From an uncultured Gammaproteobacteria bacterium (GTDB lineage Bacteria > Patescibacteriota > Microgenomatia > Daviesbacterales > UBA10151), in the NCBI GenBank assembly GCA_964522265.1, contig CAZFVS010000017.1, forward strand, positions 1 through 13,875: a stretch of DNA of 13,875 nucleotides, given 5' to 3'. Both the position numbers and the translations under genes were made by a program. Below the pieces are notes generated by a model. It made no database searches and was not told the DNA's origin. It worked only from the letters and a program-made list of their open reading frames with translations. Every line of letters begins with the position of its first letter. Within the stretch, counting starts at the first letter, position 1. Of this stretch, positions 13,853 through 13,875 are shown piece after piece.

Positions 13853-13875
13853 ATGGGACAATCTAACCTGTCAGC
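13853..13875 (+). CDS. Possible 5' end of a plus-strand gene running off the right edge (MGQSNLS...)
   Basis: ATG at 13853 is preceded by TAAGGAA (13839-13845) at SD-like spacing. Only 7 codons are visible, so the product cannot be called. Confidence 0.2.

Noticed and set aside
1-13875. Alternative genetic code (UGA recoded, as in some candidate-phyla bacteria).
   Set aside because: TGA terminates the kinase, the dehydrogenase, the PaaK-like, E1-like and DksA-like genes at lengths typical of their families, with the next gene starting immediately. The standard code 11 fits.
1-13875. Mobile element, prophage or defence island signatures.
   Set aside because: I recognised no integrase, transposase, recombinase, toxin-antitoxin pair, restriction-modification, nuclease/helicase defence genes, tRNA attachment site or long terminal repeats anywhere in the window.

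Overview
AT-rich (by eye, not computed), very gene-dense bacterial window. It holds 13 complete CDSs, one CDS truncated at the left edge, and possibly the first codons of another at the right edge. I found no rRNA, tRNA, CRISPR array, transposase, integrase or terminal inverted repeats. TGA ends several CDSs at family-typical lengths, so the standard bacterial code applies. Gene content and compactness fit a small-genome uncultivated bacterium, possibly Patescibacteria/CPR-like, but that is a weak inference. Positions 1-10365 form one co-directional minus-strand array: lgt-like, DksA/TraR zinc finger, a four-gene enzyme cassette, a multi-TM GAF histidine kinase, a receiver-only response regulator, an RluA-family pseudouridine synthase, and a CPA2 antiporter. 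The cassette is a Leu/Phe/Val-type amino-acid dehydrogenase, a PaaK/F390-synthetase-like adenylating enzyme, a Cys-free E1/ThiF-like adenylyltransferase, and an Acg-type nitroreductase-fold protein. The rest is mostly housekeeping: a small membrane protein, galU, a PHP phosphoesterase, efp and a PaaX-like regulator. The best candidate for an undescribed system is the translationally coupled cassette at 4352-9030, which runs with a 4-nt gap into the two-component system. It has no YcaO, no ubiquitin-like partner and no visible precursor peptide, so it does not fit the known contexts for E1-like plus nitroreductase-fold pairs. Secondary observations are a frameshift-prone heptanucleotide repeat inside the pseudouridine synthase gene, recurrent leaderless-type promoter geometry, a tandem-repeat and palindrome control region at the PaaX-like gene, and an Arg-tipped EF-P loop.
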